Below the pieces are notes generated by a model that saw only the letters and a program-made list of their open reading frames with translations, searched no databases and was not told the origin of the DNA. Positions 12,914 to 25,952 of a DNA stretch of 64,000 bases are shown here, one piece after another. Both the position numbers and the translations under genes were made by a program. How positions within the stretch are numbered: the first letter of the stretch is position 1; every line of letters starts with the position of its first letter. The stretch lies in contig NW_025963891.1 of assembly GCF_023055435.1 (NCBI RefSeq), positions 20,336,001 through 20,400,000 on the forward strand, in the 5' to 3' direction. The DNA is from Haliotis rufescens (Eukaryota).

Positions 12914-13144
12914 AGATTTCAATCGTAAATGTTACACTGTTACTTTACAAATACTGTATATTTTAATTCAAATGTCTCCTTACAATTGTTAAATTACTTG
13001 GTGTCGTCGCTGGAGTGTGTAAATACATTATGACGTCACAGTTGTAATTTATGACGTCATCATAAGTATGACGTCATATTATATGTCATTGTCAGTTACA
13101 ATGAAGAGCTGAGTGAACACCGAGTGAACATTTACTCATTTTTG

Positions 13145-13189
<45 letters not shown>

Positions 13190-13191
<2 letters not shown>

Positions 13192-14196
13192 TATAATGGG
13201 TAGGTTTCTCGACAGGATAAAGCCAACGGATAAAAACGATATCCGTTGGGGTCATATGCGGATAGAGATGCAAATATCAAAGGTCAAGTAGGGACTACTT
13301 TCACTGTTAAACAAACATGGCATCGCACTCGTCATTCGGCGATCGAGTCAGAATTAACCATCGGGAATCTGGATAAACTACAGGGATAATTGCTTTCATT
13401 ATCAAAAGAACAGTCTAATATACTGAAAATCTGTGTCTAACTGTGATGTAGCTAAGGCATTTTATAAGTTTTGGCAACTTTGGAGATATAAATTTCGAAA
13501 CAATTTGGCGAGGGCACGAGGCCTAGCCAAGCGGGATCAGTAGCCATATCTGTGCTTGTAGACCTCTGTGGCTTGAAACCTCCTCCATAAATTAAAATAG
13601 TTGGATTTGGCGGAAATATGTTTGAATTGTTACCTTGTTTCGTTTTGTCGCTGTGTGTACATCTGACTACACTTCTTATCGTTATGACAGGACAGACCGA
13701 CTGTCAACAACATCTGACCGTTGCCGTGACGTCTCATAGACAAGGGTTAGAGTAGCTTCCCTTTCACAAAGGGCAGTTACTCTAGCGGACAGACCGATGG
13801 ATTGCCGCGAAAGGCAATTAAAAACAATTGTTGTTTTGCGTATATGTTGCTTCGCCACTGAAAAAAGAAAGATATTTCAGTTGGAACTATATTGGCTACT
13901 GTCACTGTCCGACTGACACATCACTTACCCTGTGACGTAATAAATATTAATGCGCGCATGCCAGGAAAACTCGCAATGTTTCGGTAATGTTTGTGAGAGA
14001 GGGAAAGCGATTTTGAAGCACAGAATTAAAGAATGACATTATATGATAAAGAGGTTATCACTCTTGTGTGTTTGGGGATGTTAAATATCCTGTATTAGGA
14101 ATAAACACTATGTATTTAGCTCGCCAAGGCTCGCTAAATACAATGTTTATTCCTAATGAGGGATATTTACCATCCCCAAACACACTCGCGTGATAA

Positions 14197-14198
<2 letters not shown>
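13190..14198. mobile_element. Non-autonomous element ending in a long hairpin, flanked by (TA)n
   Basis: ~65-bp-arm palindrome 14053-14198 with loop tcgccaaggctc; (TA)n on both sides; family unassigned (Crypton-like by resemblance only). Confidence 0.45.
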
Positions 14199-14233
<35 letters not shown>

Positions 14234-14236
<3 letters not shown>

Positions 14237-14711
14237 CTCACCCTCGTGTCTTTGATATCAAATATATCAACACGAGTTGATAAAAGTGGAAAAATTCCGA
14301 GGCTTGCCGAGGATTTTTGCCACTTTTATCAACGAGTGTTGATATATTTGATATCAAAAGACACGAGGGTGAGATTTTATTTATCATCCAACATCATTCT
14401 TTCAACTTTTTCAATTTGTAGACAGTAATTAGCAGTGTCTTCAGTGTAAAAAGTATTGCAAACAGCTTCAGTAGCAGAGCCATTAGTGATGTCATTTGAT
14501 TGTGACGTCATGGTAACCAGTGACGTCACAATGGTCTTCAAAGCATGTAATTTCATTGCAGAGATATCTTCAGTGTAGATATCGCTTGATCTCATCAAAG
14601 CGATATCTCCTGTCGGAGCCAGTTTTGGATGATAAATAGAGAATCTCACCCGAGTGTCTTTTGATATCAAATATATCAACACGAGTTGATAAAATAGGAA
14701 AAATTCCGAGG
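14234..14711. mobile_element. Second hairpin-ended element running into the gap
   Basis: Palindrome 14234-14376 (loop gaggcttgccga); the same arm restarts at ~14642-14711. Confidence 0.5.
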
Positions 14712-14848
14712 NNNNNNNNNNNNNNNNNNNNNNNNNNNNNNNNNNNNNNNNNNNNNNNNNNNNNNNNNNNNNNNNNNNNNNNNNNNNNNNNNNNNNNNNN
14801 NNNNNNNNNNNNNNNNNNNNNNNNNNNNNNNNNNNNNNNNNNNNNNNN
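14712..14848. other. Assembly gap (137 N)
   Basis: Run of N. Confidence 1.
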
Positions 14849-15310
14849 AATCAAGACAATGGCTTCCTGAAAATACTCCAAAATGCATTGGTGTTGGACA
14901 TGCCTGATACGTTGTCAAAGTGTCCAATTTATCCGCACAATACAAAAGGACCATCTCCACCACACACCTCCCCAAACCCAAACCAACCAGATCAGAATCC
15001 GCCCCCATCACAATCACCCTCCCCTACATTTGCATGACCTCTCATCAAATCAGCAGATTACTTTACAGCCAAATAGGTATCGATACCATCTTCACTGGCT
15101 CCCCATCCCTTAGAACTATCCTCCAAGCCGCACCCCCACCTCCACTCCGACCCCCTCGACTGTACATTTGGCTTCATCCAATTATCAGCTTGTTTTATAT
15201 ATACCTCTCATCACTTGGTTGCTCCAGCTTCATGACGGTGTAATAATCTACATAAAAAAGTGGCTGTATTCATCAAACCAGAAGTTGTTATCCATTTATC
15301 CATAAAGATT
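14849..15310 (+). mobile_element. Old Penelope-like remnant, right part
   Basis: ITITLPYICMTSHQISRLL..DTIFTGSPSLRTIL matches the RT-thumb/linker region of Penelope elements; degenerate pLTR-like tail ~15210-15310. Confidence 0.55.
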
Positions 15311-15698
15311 TTCTTGTCAAATTTATGTTTGTGCTTGAATATTGATTCGATGCGATTTAAAGGCTTGTTCCAGCGGGTGGATTATCGTGTCCGATGTCTG
15401 TAGCGAGGTACTATTTATACCTGGTACATGTTTATGTAGGTACATGAATATTTATTCTCTTTGCAACACATGTCCCACTTTTCACTCGCTATGCAATCTG
15501 ATGGCAACAGGCACAAATTGAATTAATCTGGTGAACTAAATATTATATCACATAAGTTCATCGGGAATTCTTTGATAAACAATTTATGAGAAACAAAATG
15601 AAATAATAAGGCTAACTGTATAACATTACAGTTTATTGACATTCCGTGAAATAAGAATCATATCTTAATGAAGTCACGCTCGTCAGGTAGTAACTCTG

Positions 15699-18600
15699 CT
15701 ATAGTGAAGAACAGTCGCCTTTGGTAACAGTCAGATCATCAATGGCAAAGTCACTTCTGTGGGCACTGCCAATGTCGCCCACTATTTTAACCTAAAACAA
15801 GGAATATCGGCGTTACACATGAAGCAATAGTACAAATGGTTAACGGTCAACTGGAGAGTACATCCGCAAGACTCACATTAAAAGGTTTCCATTGAGGTTG
15901 GCAAGAATCCTTTCACTATTCATTAGAAATCTCTGCTAAAAGCAGAGTCTCTGAAAAGATTCCGACTATGTCATGAGTATATGTTTATGAATCACTATCG
16001 AATAGGGGTGATACCAAGTGTCCACGAAAAGGTGAGTGTATCCTGCTCCACCGGTAGCACCCGTCACAAACACATGGAAAGACAAGTCAATTTGAAAGAA
16101 AGCAATACTGCATTTGATTTTGACTTTTGAATACTGCAATTCAGTTTGAATTTTGAACCTGACAATTCAGCATTTACAATCTTTTTGAGTGATATAGCAT
16201 TGGTTCCATATCCTGTTAGGGACGTACCACGTCTAGCAGTCAACTCACCTTGAAATCCCCAGTTTTAACTTCGAGGTTGGTCATGTAGTGATGCCATCCG
16301 TGACCCTGATCACCAGACACAGTGTGCAAGTTCGTATCATGGCCTCCTGTTTGCAACCCTAGTTTCAGACTTCCGTCGTCGTGGCCATGCATGCTGTAGT
16401 AGACGCTCAGACAGTAGTTGCCTGCAGCGTATGTCTCGGACAAGAGGTAGCCTTTCTTGTGTTCATTTCCCGATGCTTCAAGGTAGGCATAGTAACCTGA
16501 AAGGTAATAAATAAAAAAGGGTTCTGTGCGTTTTCATAACAATATGTAATGAAAAGGCATTCATGGTCAGAATAAAATTCCACGAAAATAATAAATATTA
16601 TTATTGCTTTGGGTTTTTTTTTTCGTTTTTCAACTCGCCCAGATGTATTATTTACTTATTGACTCCGGTATAGAGTTTTTGTACTAAGCATCTGCCCGCG
16701 GAAACACTTCAAGAAACAAATCATAAATTTCACATGATTTCCATAGCGTATAAGTATTACCTAACAAACCAAGAAATATTCGTCATTGGACAATAAATTG
16801 AATCATTGAATTGGTGAGTCTGGACGTGCTGCGCCATTGGTGATATCCTGCAGACAACCCACCTTTACCTGGCTACCGTCAGTCCGGAAGCCTGGCTTCC
16901 TATGTATTTCTGTTTGGCATTACAAAATATCATTAAATCATATGACATAGCTCATATGCGTTACTTCGGAAATGTCATTATGTTGAAGATTTTATGGGGT
17001 TTCAGAGTGTACCAATGACACGCTAGAAACATCCCCATCACTCACCGCTTGATGACCCGGAGTTATCAGTCGTGGGTCCTGTGTGTGAGGTCGGAGTGCT
17101 TCCTCTGGTACGGATCCAGTTAATGTCTCCACCATTCTGCCATTTGCAGAGATCAGTTTGGAAATTGCATGTTTCAGAGGCTTCATGAAAAGATCAAAAC
17201 ACGTACCATTAATGATCGAATGTCCAAAGTTTCAAGGTTTCTTAATGAATACTAAAAGTAAAATTATGTTTAAGCCTTATTGATGCGATTGCTCAGTAAT
17301 ATATTTCAGCTGCTGTGTTAGACATGTTCACATCCGACCGAATGGGGATCGGTTGGTTCATATGCATACCGTATTCGACGTACGAAGCGCCCATGGCGCT
17401 CTCAAAATTAGAAATAGGAGGCTCTTATTAAAATATTATTTTGGTGAAAAAAAAACAGAGTGGAAAGATAAATTTCGTGTTCATGTTCAGATATATTTTT
17501 CCAGAATGTATTGCCAATAATTAAGGTTGCATATAACACACGAGTGCATATCATAGGCTAATAAATAAGTCTTGTGAACATTGATCAATCGGAAGGATGG
17601 CTAATTGGGATTGCTCACTAGACAATATATTCGCAAATATCGCCGTGGGCGCTTATTAGAGCGGGGCGCTTATTACGTCGAATGCGGTAACTTGACCGTG
17701 TATTATCGCATCACGATGGCGGCGCTCCTTGCTAGATTTTTTAACAACATGTTTATGTGGGCCATTGTTCAGACCACCTGAGATAAGGCACGTATGTTGG
17801 TAATGTTACTCCATTTAAAGATCACGAACGCTTTTGATATGGATATTAAACTTACACATAGAAGGATTTGAGTTGCGTTTCCCCGAATGAGTTGCACAGT
17901 CGTAGTAGATTTGTATTTCCTTAATGTCCCCAGGGCTAAGGTGGGTTCTCTGTCCAATCGACACCCCTGTCTTTTTGACGATGATCGTTGGCTTCGAGCG
18001 GTCTATAGCGAAGCTATAAGCGTTGTAATGCATCACGGACTCGTAGTCATAAGGAATCCCAAATGTGTCGGCTTCTACAGAGCTTTTACGGTCAAAGTTG
18101 TGTTCATGGCCTGAATTAATAAAAATCATTTGAAGTATGGATGAAGTGGTATGCTGAATTGAAGATTTCGCCTTGTGATATTCATTGTATTGACACCGCC
18201 AAAGAGGTTTATTAAAAAGTATATATTAACTAATGAATCAGTTCACTTTAACGAAACATTTATATTACTATCTAAAGATAAACTACAGTGAACTACGTTT
18301 ATAACGAACACACTTATAATGAAGTGACGGATATAACGAATTGTTGTTTTGGATCCCGGCCATTTGCGGTATCCTTCAGTTGAAACGCTTATAACGAACT
18401 ACGGTTATAACGAAAGAAAATATTGGTCCCTTTCAATTCGTTATAACCGAAGTTTACTGTTATCGTGTTACATACATTAACAGTTACCAGCAGATAGATG
18501 TAGCCCAAGAAAACTGAATTGAACAAAATAACTTCCAAAACGACCTTTCATAATGTGACTTTTCTCTATACAAGGTTAGCTGAGGTAACCGGATCTTTGT

Positions 18601-21600
18601 GCTGCTCCCTGTCACATAAAAATAACAAATTGAAGTCGCAATATCAAAGTTGTCCACAGGGAGCAGCACAGATATTCGGATCCACACCAATATCCCCTTA
18701 GGTGGTTTTATATAAAAAACATGTACCCTTCCCGATGTTGCTCCATTCAATAGTGATGTAATTATCTCTGTCGGGACGACTCTGCTCGTGCCAGAACCCA
18801 AGGGAGTGCATGGTCTCGTGCATGACGGTTCCTAACCTCATGCATCCACTGCCGAGAGTCACGACATCCAAGCCACTGTGACGTCCTACAGGAGTATGGC
18901 ACCTGCACCAACATACATTTTATGGACTCAATGGTATGTTTTGAAATGACCCATTTGTTATATCGGCACCGCAGTGCATGTTGCAGTTAAAGCAGTTTGT
19001 GCTAGAAGGATGAAACCTGCATTGATCGTTGGAGATGTGCGATGAAGCATACCAAACCAAGCCACTCATTGTAACAATCCGTTCCCATTCCCAAACATAG
19101 GGTGATGGAGACATATTGTCACCTATGACTTTTCCATGCATTACTCTTGAATTTGCCATTTTGATTACACATTCAGCGCAGTTACATTGACGAAATGCAA
19201 CCCCTTGTTAAAATATTTCCAAACCAACTACACGTTTGGTGAGCTTTCATTTCAGTTTAACACTCATGTTATTGCTGGAAGGACACACGATCAGTCATTG
19301 TAACTTTTCCTTCTTATGTATAGAGTACTTTGGTTATGGTTTGCATCACCTGTCATGCATCAGTTCATATGTTTGCAGGTTAATCCCTCCTTCATTGTTT
19401 GTTTGTTGTTTAACGCCGCACTATTCACACGGGTATAATCTCTCCTTCAAGTCAAGTGACACAAGCATATGTATACCTTTTTTTTGTATCTTTACATTTT
19501 GTATCAGAGTGATTTCAAGCAAATGGATCAGGTACGTATGTAGAACTTATGAAAGTTGCATGCATACTATTATCCAAGCAATTTGCTGATTAGTACAGTT
19601 TTGGTTTTGAAAGCATGATGGGTGCAGTTAGTTCTGCATATATGGACGATGTGAAAGAATACAATTATACAAGAAATAAGCTGAATAGTACAGTTTTGGT
19701 TTAAAATGAAAGATGGGTACAGTTGTACCATTGGGCGATGTGCAAGCGATATAACTGAATAGTGTAGTCTTTGTTTCAAATGCATGATGGTACGGATAGT
19801 TCTACAAATGGACGATGTGCAAGCATACACTCGTGCAAGCGATATAACTGAATAGTACAGTTTTTGTTTCCAAGGCATGATGGGTACAGCTAGTTCTACA
19901 AATGGACAATGTGGTATTTACCCCGATCCTCCCGCGTATCGTATGTAGGCATGCTCATGCGTGCGGGGTTTGAAAGTGATGCACGCTTTGCCATTGACCT
20001 TGGTCTTCTCATGAATTGTCTGCATGGCAGTATGAATGGTACTCTCCTCAGACGATGCTACATTAGAAAATCTATGTGTTAACCGAGATATGCATAGCAA
20101 CGTGTGTGAAGTGCTCTCTGATATCGTTAAAATTCATTGTTGTTACGGCAGCATTCATGTAGCTGTTCTATATTCAAAACTATGTCATTGAAACATTTGA
20201 AATTTTGAAAATAACTATTTTGGAATGATTTCAAATTATAATTGTGATATTTATTGTTTTAATTTCCAATTATTGTATTTATTCATGCACATGTATTGAA
20301 ATCCAAATTCATCTTTAGTTGTTTATATTTGTTCAGAACAACTTTTCATTGCTTACAGAAATGATGGGTGTCAATTTCGAAAGGAACTTCGCCATTTGGC
20401 CATCGGTAGTTTTTGTCTCTTCTCGCATTTCTGTCCTGTAAAATAGACGTGTTTTCACAATACCGAAGTTTGCATATATCGCAATGATTGAAAAATTTCA
20501 TGTTATGACATGGTACTTTAAATACTTTGCCATTTTTTCTCATCTTATTTAATCATACACAAAACAAAATGCCTTACGTTGGGGTTTTGTCCTGGCATGA
20601 GAATGATATCTCCCTCGAAGAGGCCTGGCAAAAACAAATATTCATTTGGTTTATATAGTAAAATACTTTTATGACAAAAATGGATGCGTGGGTGGAAAGT
20701 GAATGCCTGGATCATATCCTTAAACAGGTGCAGTGGTGAGGTGAAATGGAGTTTAATATCGCGTTCAAAATTATTGCACTTATATAGCGACGTGATAATT
20801 AAGAAGACTTATACAAACTTTCGAAGAAAATCTTAATAATCTTCATTATTTGTGAACCTACCAGGGTTTTCTTCCGGGTACGCCTCTAGAAAAATAAAAC
20901 AAGAATGGAACAATGAATACATGAACAGTCATTATCTTCAAATTTCACAAATTAATGCAAAAATTACAAAACAATTAAATGTTCATTTATATATCAATTT
21001 CAACAAACACCTTGTCACTGAGTCTATTGTAGCATATGTGTGTCATAACTGAGACTTAAATTGGTGGATGATGCATGTCATGGTATCCCAATTGCGTGGA
21101 TCAATGCTCATGCTCAATCACTGGATTGTCTGGTCCAGTCTCGTTTATTTAAAGACCGCAGCTATATAGCTGGAATATTGCTGAGTGCGGCGTTAAACAA
21201 CAAAAAACAAAACTGAGATGACGGTATGTCCACAGATCACAAACTGGCTGTTTGCATGCATTCACTTATGATAGCCAGTCATTAAGATAAGGTAGTGTAG
21301 CCAGGTGACGTGGTATCACACCATACATGAATGTTGCCTTACATCAGCCAAACAGTTGATAAACAGCTTTAGAAAAAGAATGTTATTCGTTTATAAATTA
21401 ACGCTTGTAAAAGCGCTTACCTCAAAGCTATATGTTTATGTATCATATTGCACTTACCATCGAAGTCCGGAAGCTGAAAAAGAGAAACGAAGATTTTTTA
21501 TTTCTTTACAAATAAGGTGTGAATCAAACTTTTGTTTAATGTTTCAAATTTGATCTTTAAGCATCTGGGGTATGTCGGTCTCTTTCCGTTAATACAATTA

Positions 21601-21949
21601 TCAATTAATCTTAAATTCAAACTTAATCAAGCGTTTACTTTGTATGGTTTTAGAAAAGTTACGAAAATTTAATCAATAGTGATCTATTAAGTGAGTGAGT
21701 GAGGTTTTACGCCGCTTTTAGCAACATTCCAGCAATATCACGGCGGGGAACACAAGAAATTGGCTTCACACATTGTACCCATGTCGGGAATCGAACCCGG
21801 GTCTTCGGCATGACGAGCGAGCGCTTTAACCACTAGACTACCCGACCGCCCATATCGCCTATTAAGAGCGGTATGTGTAATATACTGACCTGATCTATTG
21901 GTACAGCAAGAGCATGCCCAACGAATAGGATGAGAACAACCCCTAACAT
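15699..21949 (-). CDS. Astacin-MAM (meprin-like) secreted metalloprotease copy A2, 422 aa, 11 exons
   Basis: Exons 21890-21949, 21458-21473, 20862-20885, 20578-20624, 20357-20435, 19922-20057, 18727-18902 ([19 protein letters not shown]), 17856-18110 (YDYESVMHY Met-turn), 17046-17180 (CNFQTDLCKW MAM start), 16249-16496, 15699-15791 (FAIDDL, TAG); 1269 nt in frame; AATAAA at ~15632-15637. Confidence 0.93.
17367..17689. mobile_element. MITE (pogo-like termini)
   Basis: TIRs taccgtattcgacgta / tacgtcgaatgcggta; second copy in opposite orientation at 57353-57699. Confidence 0.8.
18284..18461. mobile_element. Tigger/pogo-like MITE
   Basis: TA-cagt(g/a)aactacg TIRs with internal tataacgaa repeats; related copy at 30197-30375. 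Confidence 0.75.
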
Positions 21950-22789
21950 GGTGCCTTCAAGAAGCCGTTCTGAAGACATAGTGAGTAAAGAAGCTAGTTA
22001 TACTGATGATCTCTGTTCTTGATAAGGACCGTGGGAGCGGACGTTTGGCAATTGTCAAAGTGTTTCGTGTTGATTCCAAAAGTCGCAACGTATATTTAGC
22101 TCCTTAAAGTGACAACAAACCCTTTGAGATAAAAGGCATATTAACTTTAATATTAATTTCACTCTTTCTCGTTTCACTCTTTCCCCACGGCGGGAGACAC
22201 CAGAAATTGGCTTCACACATTGTACCCATGTCGGGAATCGAACCCGGGTCTTCGGCGTGACGAGCGAACGCTTTAACCACTAAGCTACCCGACCACCCCT
22301 ATAAATTATGAAAGTGCATGTGTACATTCAAGTTCTAAACAAGATCAGCGACGTGGTAGTCCACGCAGGTTTCTTTCGTTAGCAGGGATGTGTGTAAAAG
22401 TGTAACACTTTGACAATCGCCAAACGTCCGCTCCCACGGTCCTTATCAAGAACAGAGATCATCAGTATAACTAGCTTCTTTACTTACTATTATTTCAGAA
22501 CGGCTTCTTGAAGGCACCATGTTAGGGGTTGTCCTCATCCTATTCGTTGGGCTTGCTCTTGCTGTACCAATAGATCAGGTCAGTATATTACACATACCGC
22601 TCTTAACAGGCGATATGGGCGGTCGGGTAGCCTAGTGGTTAAAGCGCTCGTTCGACACGCCGAAGACCCGGGTTCGATTCCCGACATGGGTGCAATGCGT
22701 GAAGCCCATTTCTGATGTCCCCCGCCGTGATATTGCTGGAATATTGCCAAAAGCGGCGTAAAACCATTCTCACTCACTCACTCACTCAT
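21690..22789. repeat. Inverted duplication (~380-bp arms, ~340-bp spacer) of A2 promoter + exon 1 + intronic SINE
   Basis: 21690-22064 is the reverse complement of 22404-22789. Confidence 0.9.
22519..22578 (+). pseudogene. Orphan inverted astacin exon 1 (signal peptide)
   Basis: ATG..MLGVVLILFVGLALAVPIDQ followed by intact donor gtcagt; no downstream astacin exons on the plus strand. Confidence 0.85.
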
Positions 22790-22980
22790 TATTTTTACGT
22801 CAATCTGGATGCGTCAATTGTGAGTTATGTAAATGAATTTATCTCTGGATGTCATCAATGTTGTCTGCGGGAAGATCATGAAGTCTCAGCTGAATACATC
22901 CAAGCGGGGAAGTCATTGTACAAATTTCTACTTGCATACAAACCATTTCACAACTAAAATGTATTGCTTATGTTTATGAT

Positions 22981-23392
22981 TAAACTTGGCACGTTTCAGC
23001 ACCATCATATGCCAGTCCTTTGTTTAAACTTGGCACGTTTCAGCACCATTAGATGCCAGTCCTTTGTTTAAACTTGGCACGTTTCAGCACCATTAGATGC
23101 CAGTCCTTTGTTTAAACTTGACACGTTTCAGCACCATCAGATGCCAGTCCTTTGTTTAAACTTGACACGTTTCAGCACCATCAGATGCCAGTCCTTTGTT
23201 TAAACTTGACACGTTTCAGCACCATCAGATGCCAGTCCTTTGTTTAAACTTGGCACGTTTCAGCACCATCAGATGCCAGTCCTTTGTTTAAACTTGACAC
23301 GTTTCAGCACCATCAGATGCCAGTCCTTTGTTTAAACTTGGCACGTTTCAGCACCATCAGATGCCAGTCCTTTGTTTAAACTTGGCACGTTT
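22981..23392. repeat. 44-bp minisatellite, ~9.4 copies
   Basis: Unit taaacttg(g/a)cacgtttcagcaccatcagatgccagtcctttgtt head-to-tail, no spacers. Confidence 0.95.
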
Positions 23393-24213
23393 CTAATATG
23401 AAAAGAGCAGTAAAATACTGATGCAGGCATGTACGTCTTCTACCTCACCGGCTTCATATATCTATAAAACACTACCTGTCATTTTAACGTGAGAGGACAG
23501 GCATACGTCACAGGTTGTAGTTGTTACAACGTTGATACCACACAGCGGCAAAGATCATACACGTCCCTGGGGTGTGATCTGTGTACAGTTAATATTCACT
23601 ACCTACAGCTGTTCTTATACGTCGAAGGAGACGGTCTTTATTTAATGTGTACAAAGCTGTTGGCGTAATACACCTCCTGACGTCTCAGTGTATCATTCAT
23701 GACGTCGGGACACTGGGTTTGTTTGTGTGTTTGTTCTTTCACGCCGCAATATTATGATGGCGATTTGGAAATAATCAAGACTGCCCCGGTCAATCTGGCG
23801 ATTGACATCATCAGCATCGGTCCACGCAATTGTGATGCGATGACACGCATCAACACTAAGCCTGATCACCCGATCCCGATTCAGCATAGGTTCTAACCCT
23901 GATCTTCACGGGCCTGGGTCAGTTGGGATAGTATTGTGGTAAAAGCGTTCTTTCGCCACGCCGAAGCCCAGAGTTCGATTCCCGACATGGGTACAATGTG
24001 TGAAAACCATTCAGGAGCTACAACATTGTAAAAAGCGGCGTACGACCTTAGTAATCCCACTTTGGCCAATATGTCTGTTATATCATAGCGTACGTGGCAC
24101 CTTGATGTAGGGGGACAGCACTTCGTAGACTTACACTTTGGTGAGACCCTAATGCATTATCAGCATTATCATTTTCAAAACGAATCCCACGATCATATGT
24201 TTCACGCCTAATA

Positions 24214-24745
24214 CCCCGTTCATATGCGCCTCTATTCATATGTCTGTATATATGCACACGTGTGTAGAAATACATACGTGAGTATACTTGTTATGTGTGT
24301 ATATTTACACCAGGTGCAAATTTGCATGGAGCAGGTGCAAATGTAAATGTAAACTTGCACTGTGTGTATATGTTGCAATGTGAACGTTTATGTCAGCGTC
24401 AGAGGATGATCTAATATCTGTTCTTTTGCCAACACCAAACAAATTGTCAACAGTTGCCAACCTTTGAGTTGAGCGGACGGTGTTTTCTTTTGGTTTCAAG
24501 GTGTCAAAACTTTGTGTACAAATTAAATCAAACACATCTCGCTTCACGCGAAACTTTTCGGTGATGCAACTCTCTGCTCATTCTCATTATGACGAATATG
24601 TGTGTCTTACACAATTTAAACACTTTATTTACACATCCATGAGACTTTTCATGTGAAGGCGTAGTAAATTTACATATACGCACGTATGTATAATTACACA
24701 TGTGTAAAATCACTTACGTATGTAAATGTTGTGCATGTGAACGGG
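24214..24745. mobile_element. Probable MITE
   Basis: Terminal cccgttcatatgc / gcatgtgaacggg. Confidence 0.5.
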
Positions 24746-24963
24746 TTATAAGACGGAACACTGCATTGCGAAATGCGGCATCAAATCGCCTTGGCCAGCC
24801 GTGTCGTTACTCTTTTGTGAACCGATGGATATGGGACATAGTTTAATACACTAGTTCTAACGTTAATAACAAATAACAACTCCGTATCTAAAGTCCGAAA
24901 TATTTACGAGCGTGATGTTGTTGCTATATTTCAGATGTCGATGAATCCTGTCTCCACGCCCCT

Positions 24964-25894
24964 CTAACCGGTAGCTGGAAAAGTGGTGCAGTCACCGCTA
25001 TGAATTGTGATATCATCGATGGCGATGTCGCTTCTGTAGTTATTTCCGACGTCACCTTCGATTTCGAACTGAAGTTAAATAAATAAAAAGGATACAAAAA
25101 TGGACCAATGGTCTCAGTTCGGGGTACATATTATCAAAGTTCAAGTGTACTGGAAATGCATGTGTATTCTTATTTCCGCAATGCTTACGTGAAAGTTGTT
25201 TCCGTTCAGATTCACGTTTACGATGTAATGATGCCAAGCGTTGCCCTGGTTACCAGTAATGGTATGAATAACTGTCCTGTTGTTATCTGCCAAAACAGCC
25301 TCGACCTTAAGGCTACCTTCATCTTGACCGCTCATGTAGTAGTACATGCTGAAACAGTAGTATCCGGCCGGCAGGGGGCGAGACAGCAGGTACCCCTTCT
25401 GACTGTTGTGTCCTGAGGCTTCAAGGTAGGCGTAGTAACCTTACAACAACATTAAAATATGACTGTTATTAACACTATAGAACATAAAATGAAGTGGGTT
25501 TTTTAAGTATTTAAGAAAGACATTAATGGATGGTGACTATTTTATGTTTAATTTATTTTTTTTTATTGGTATTATATACAGATTAAAATAAAAATGCAGC
25601 ACAGATGGTGTGGGTGATCCTGGCACAGTCAGGGCCCCGTTCCCCAAAGCGATCTTAGCACTAAGCTGATTGTAAGTCCCATACTTTAACATAGGCATAC
25701 AATCATCGCAGCGCTAAAATCTCCTTGGGGAACGTGGCCCTGGCTTGTTAGGCTCATCAAAAGCTCAGGGCCCTTCTCACTTCTAAATGCAGCCCAGACA
25801 GCGAATGAGGGCTGCCTACTCGAACCCACCCAGAACTTTTCGGAGAATATGAAGACTGCCTTCGACGGGTACAGCATTAGTAGTAGTAGTAGTA

Positions 25895-25952
<58 letters not shown>

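Larger units (their letters stand above)
11014..13111 (+). mobile_element. Penelope-like retroelement (Neptune-type) with inverted pseudo-LTR
   Basis: ~130-bp inverted repeats 11091-11219 / 12984-13111 flanking a 5'-truncated RT-GIY-YIG frame; bounded by (TA)n at 10973-11013 and 13149-13189. Confidence 0.9.

Noticed and set aside
22616-22700. Functional tRNA genes in S1/S3/S4 heads and TRIM LTRs
   Set aside because: Acceptor stems are incomplete and each runs into a repeated SINE or LTR body; these are tRNA-derived promoters, not tRNA genes.
22981-23392. CRISPR array
   Set aside because: Units are contiguous with no unique spacers, there are no cas genes, and the context is eukaryotic.
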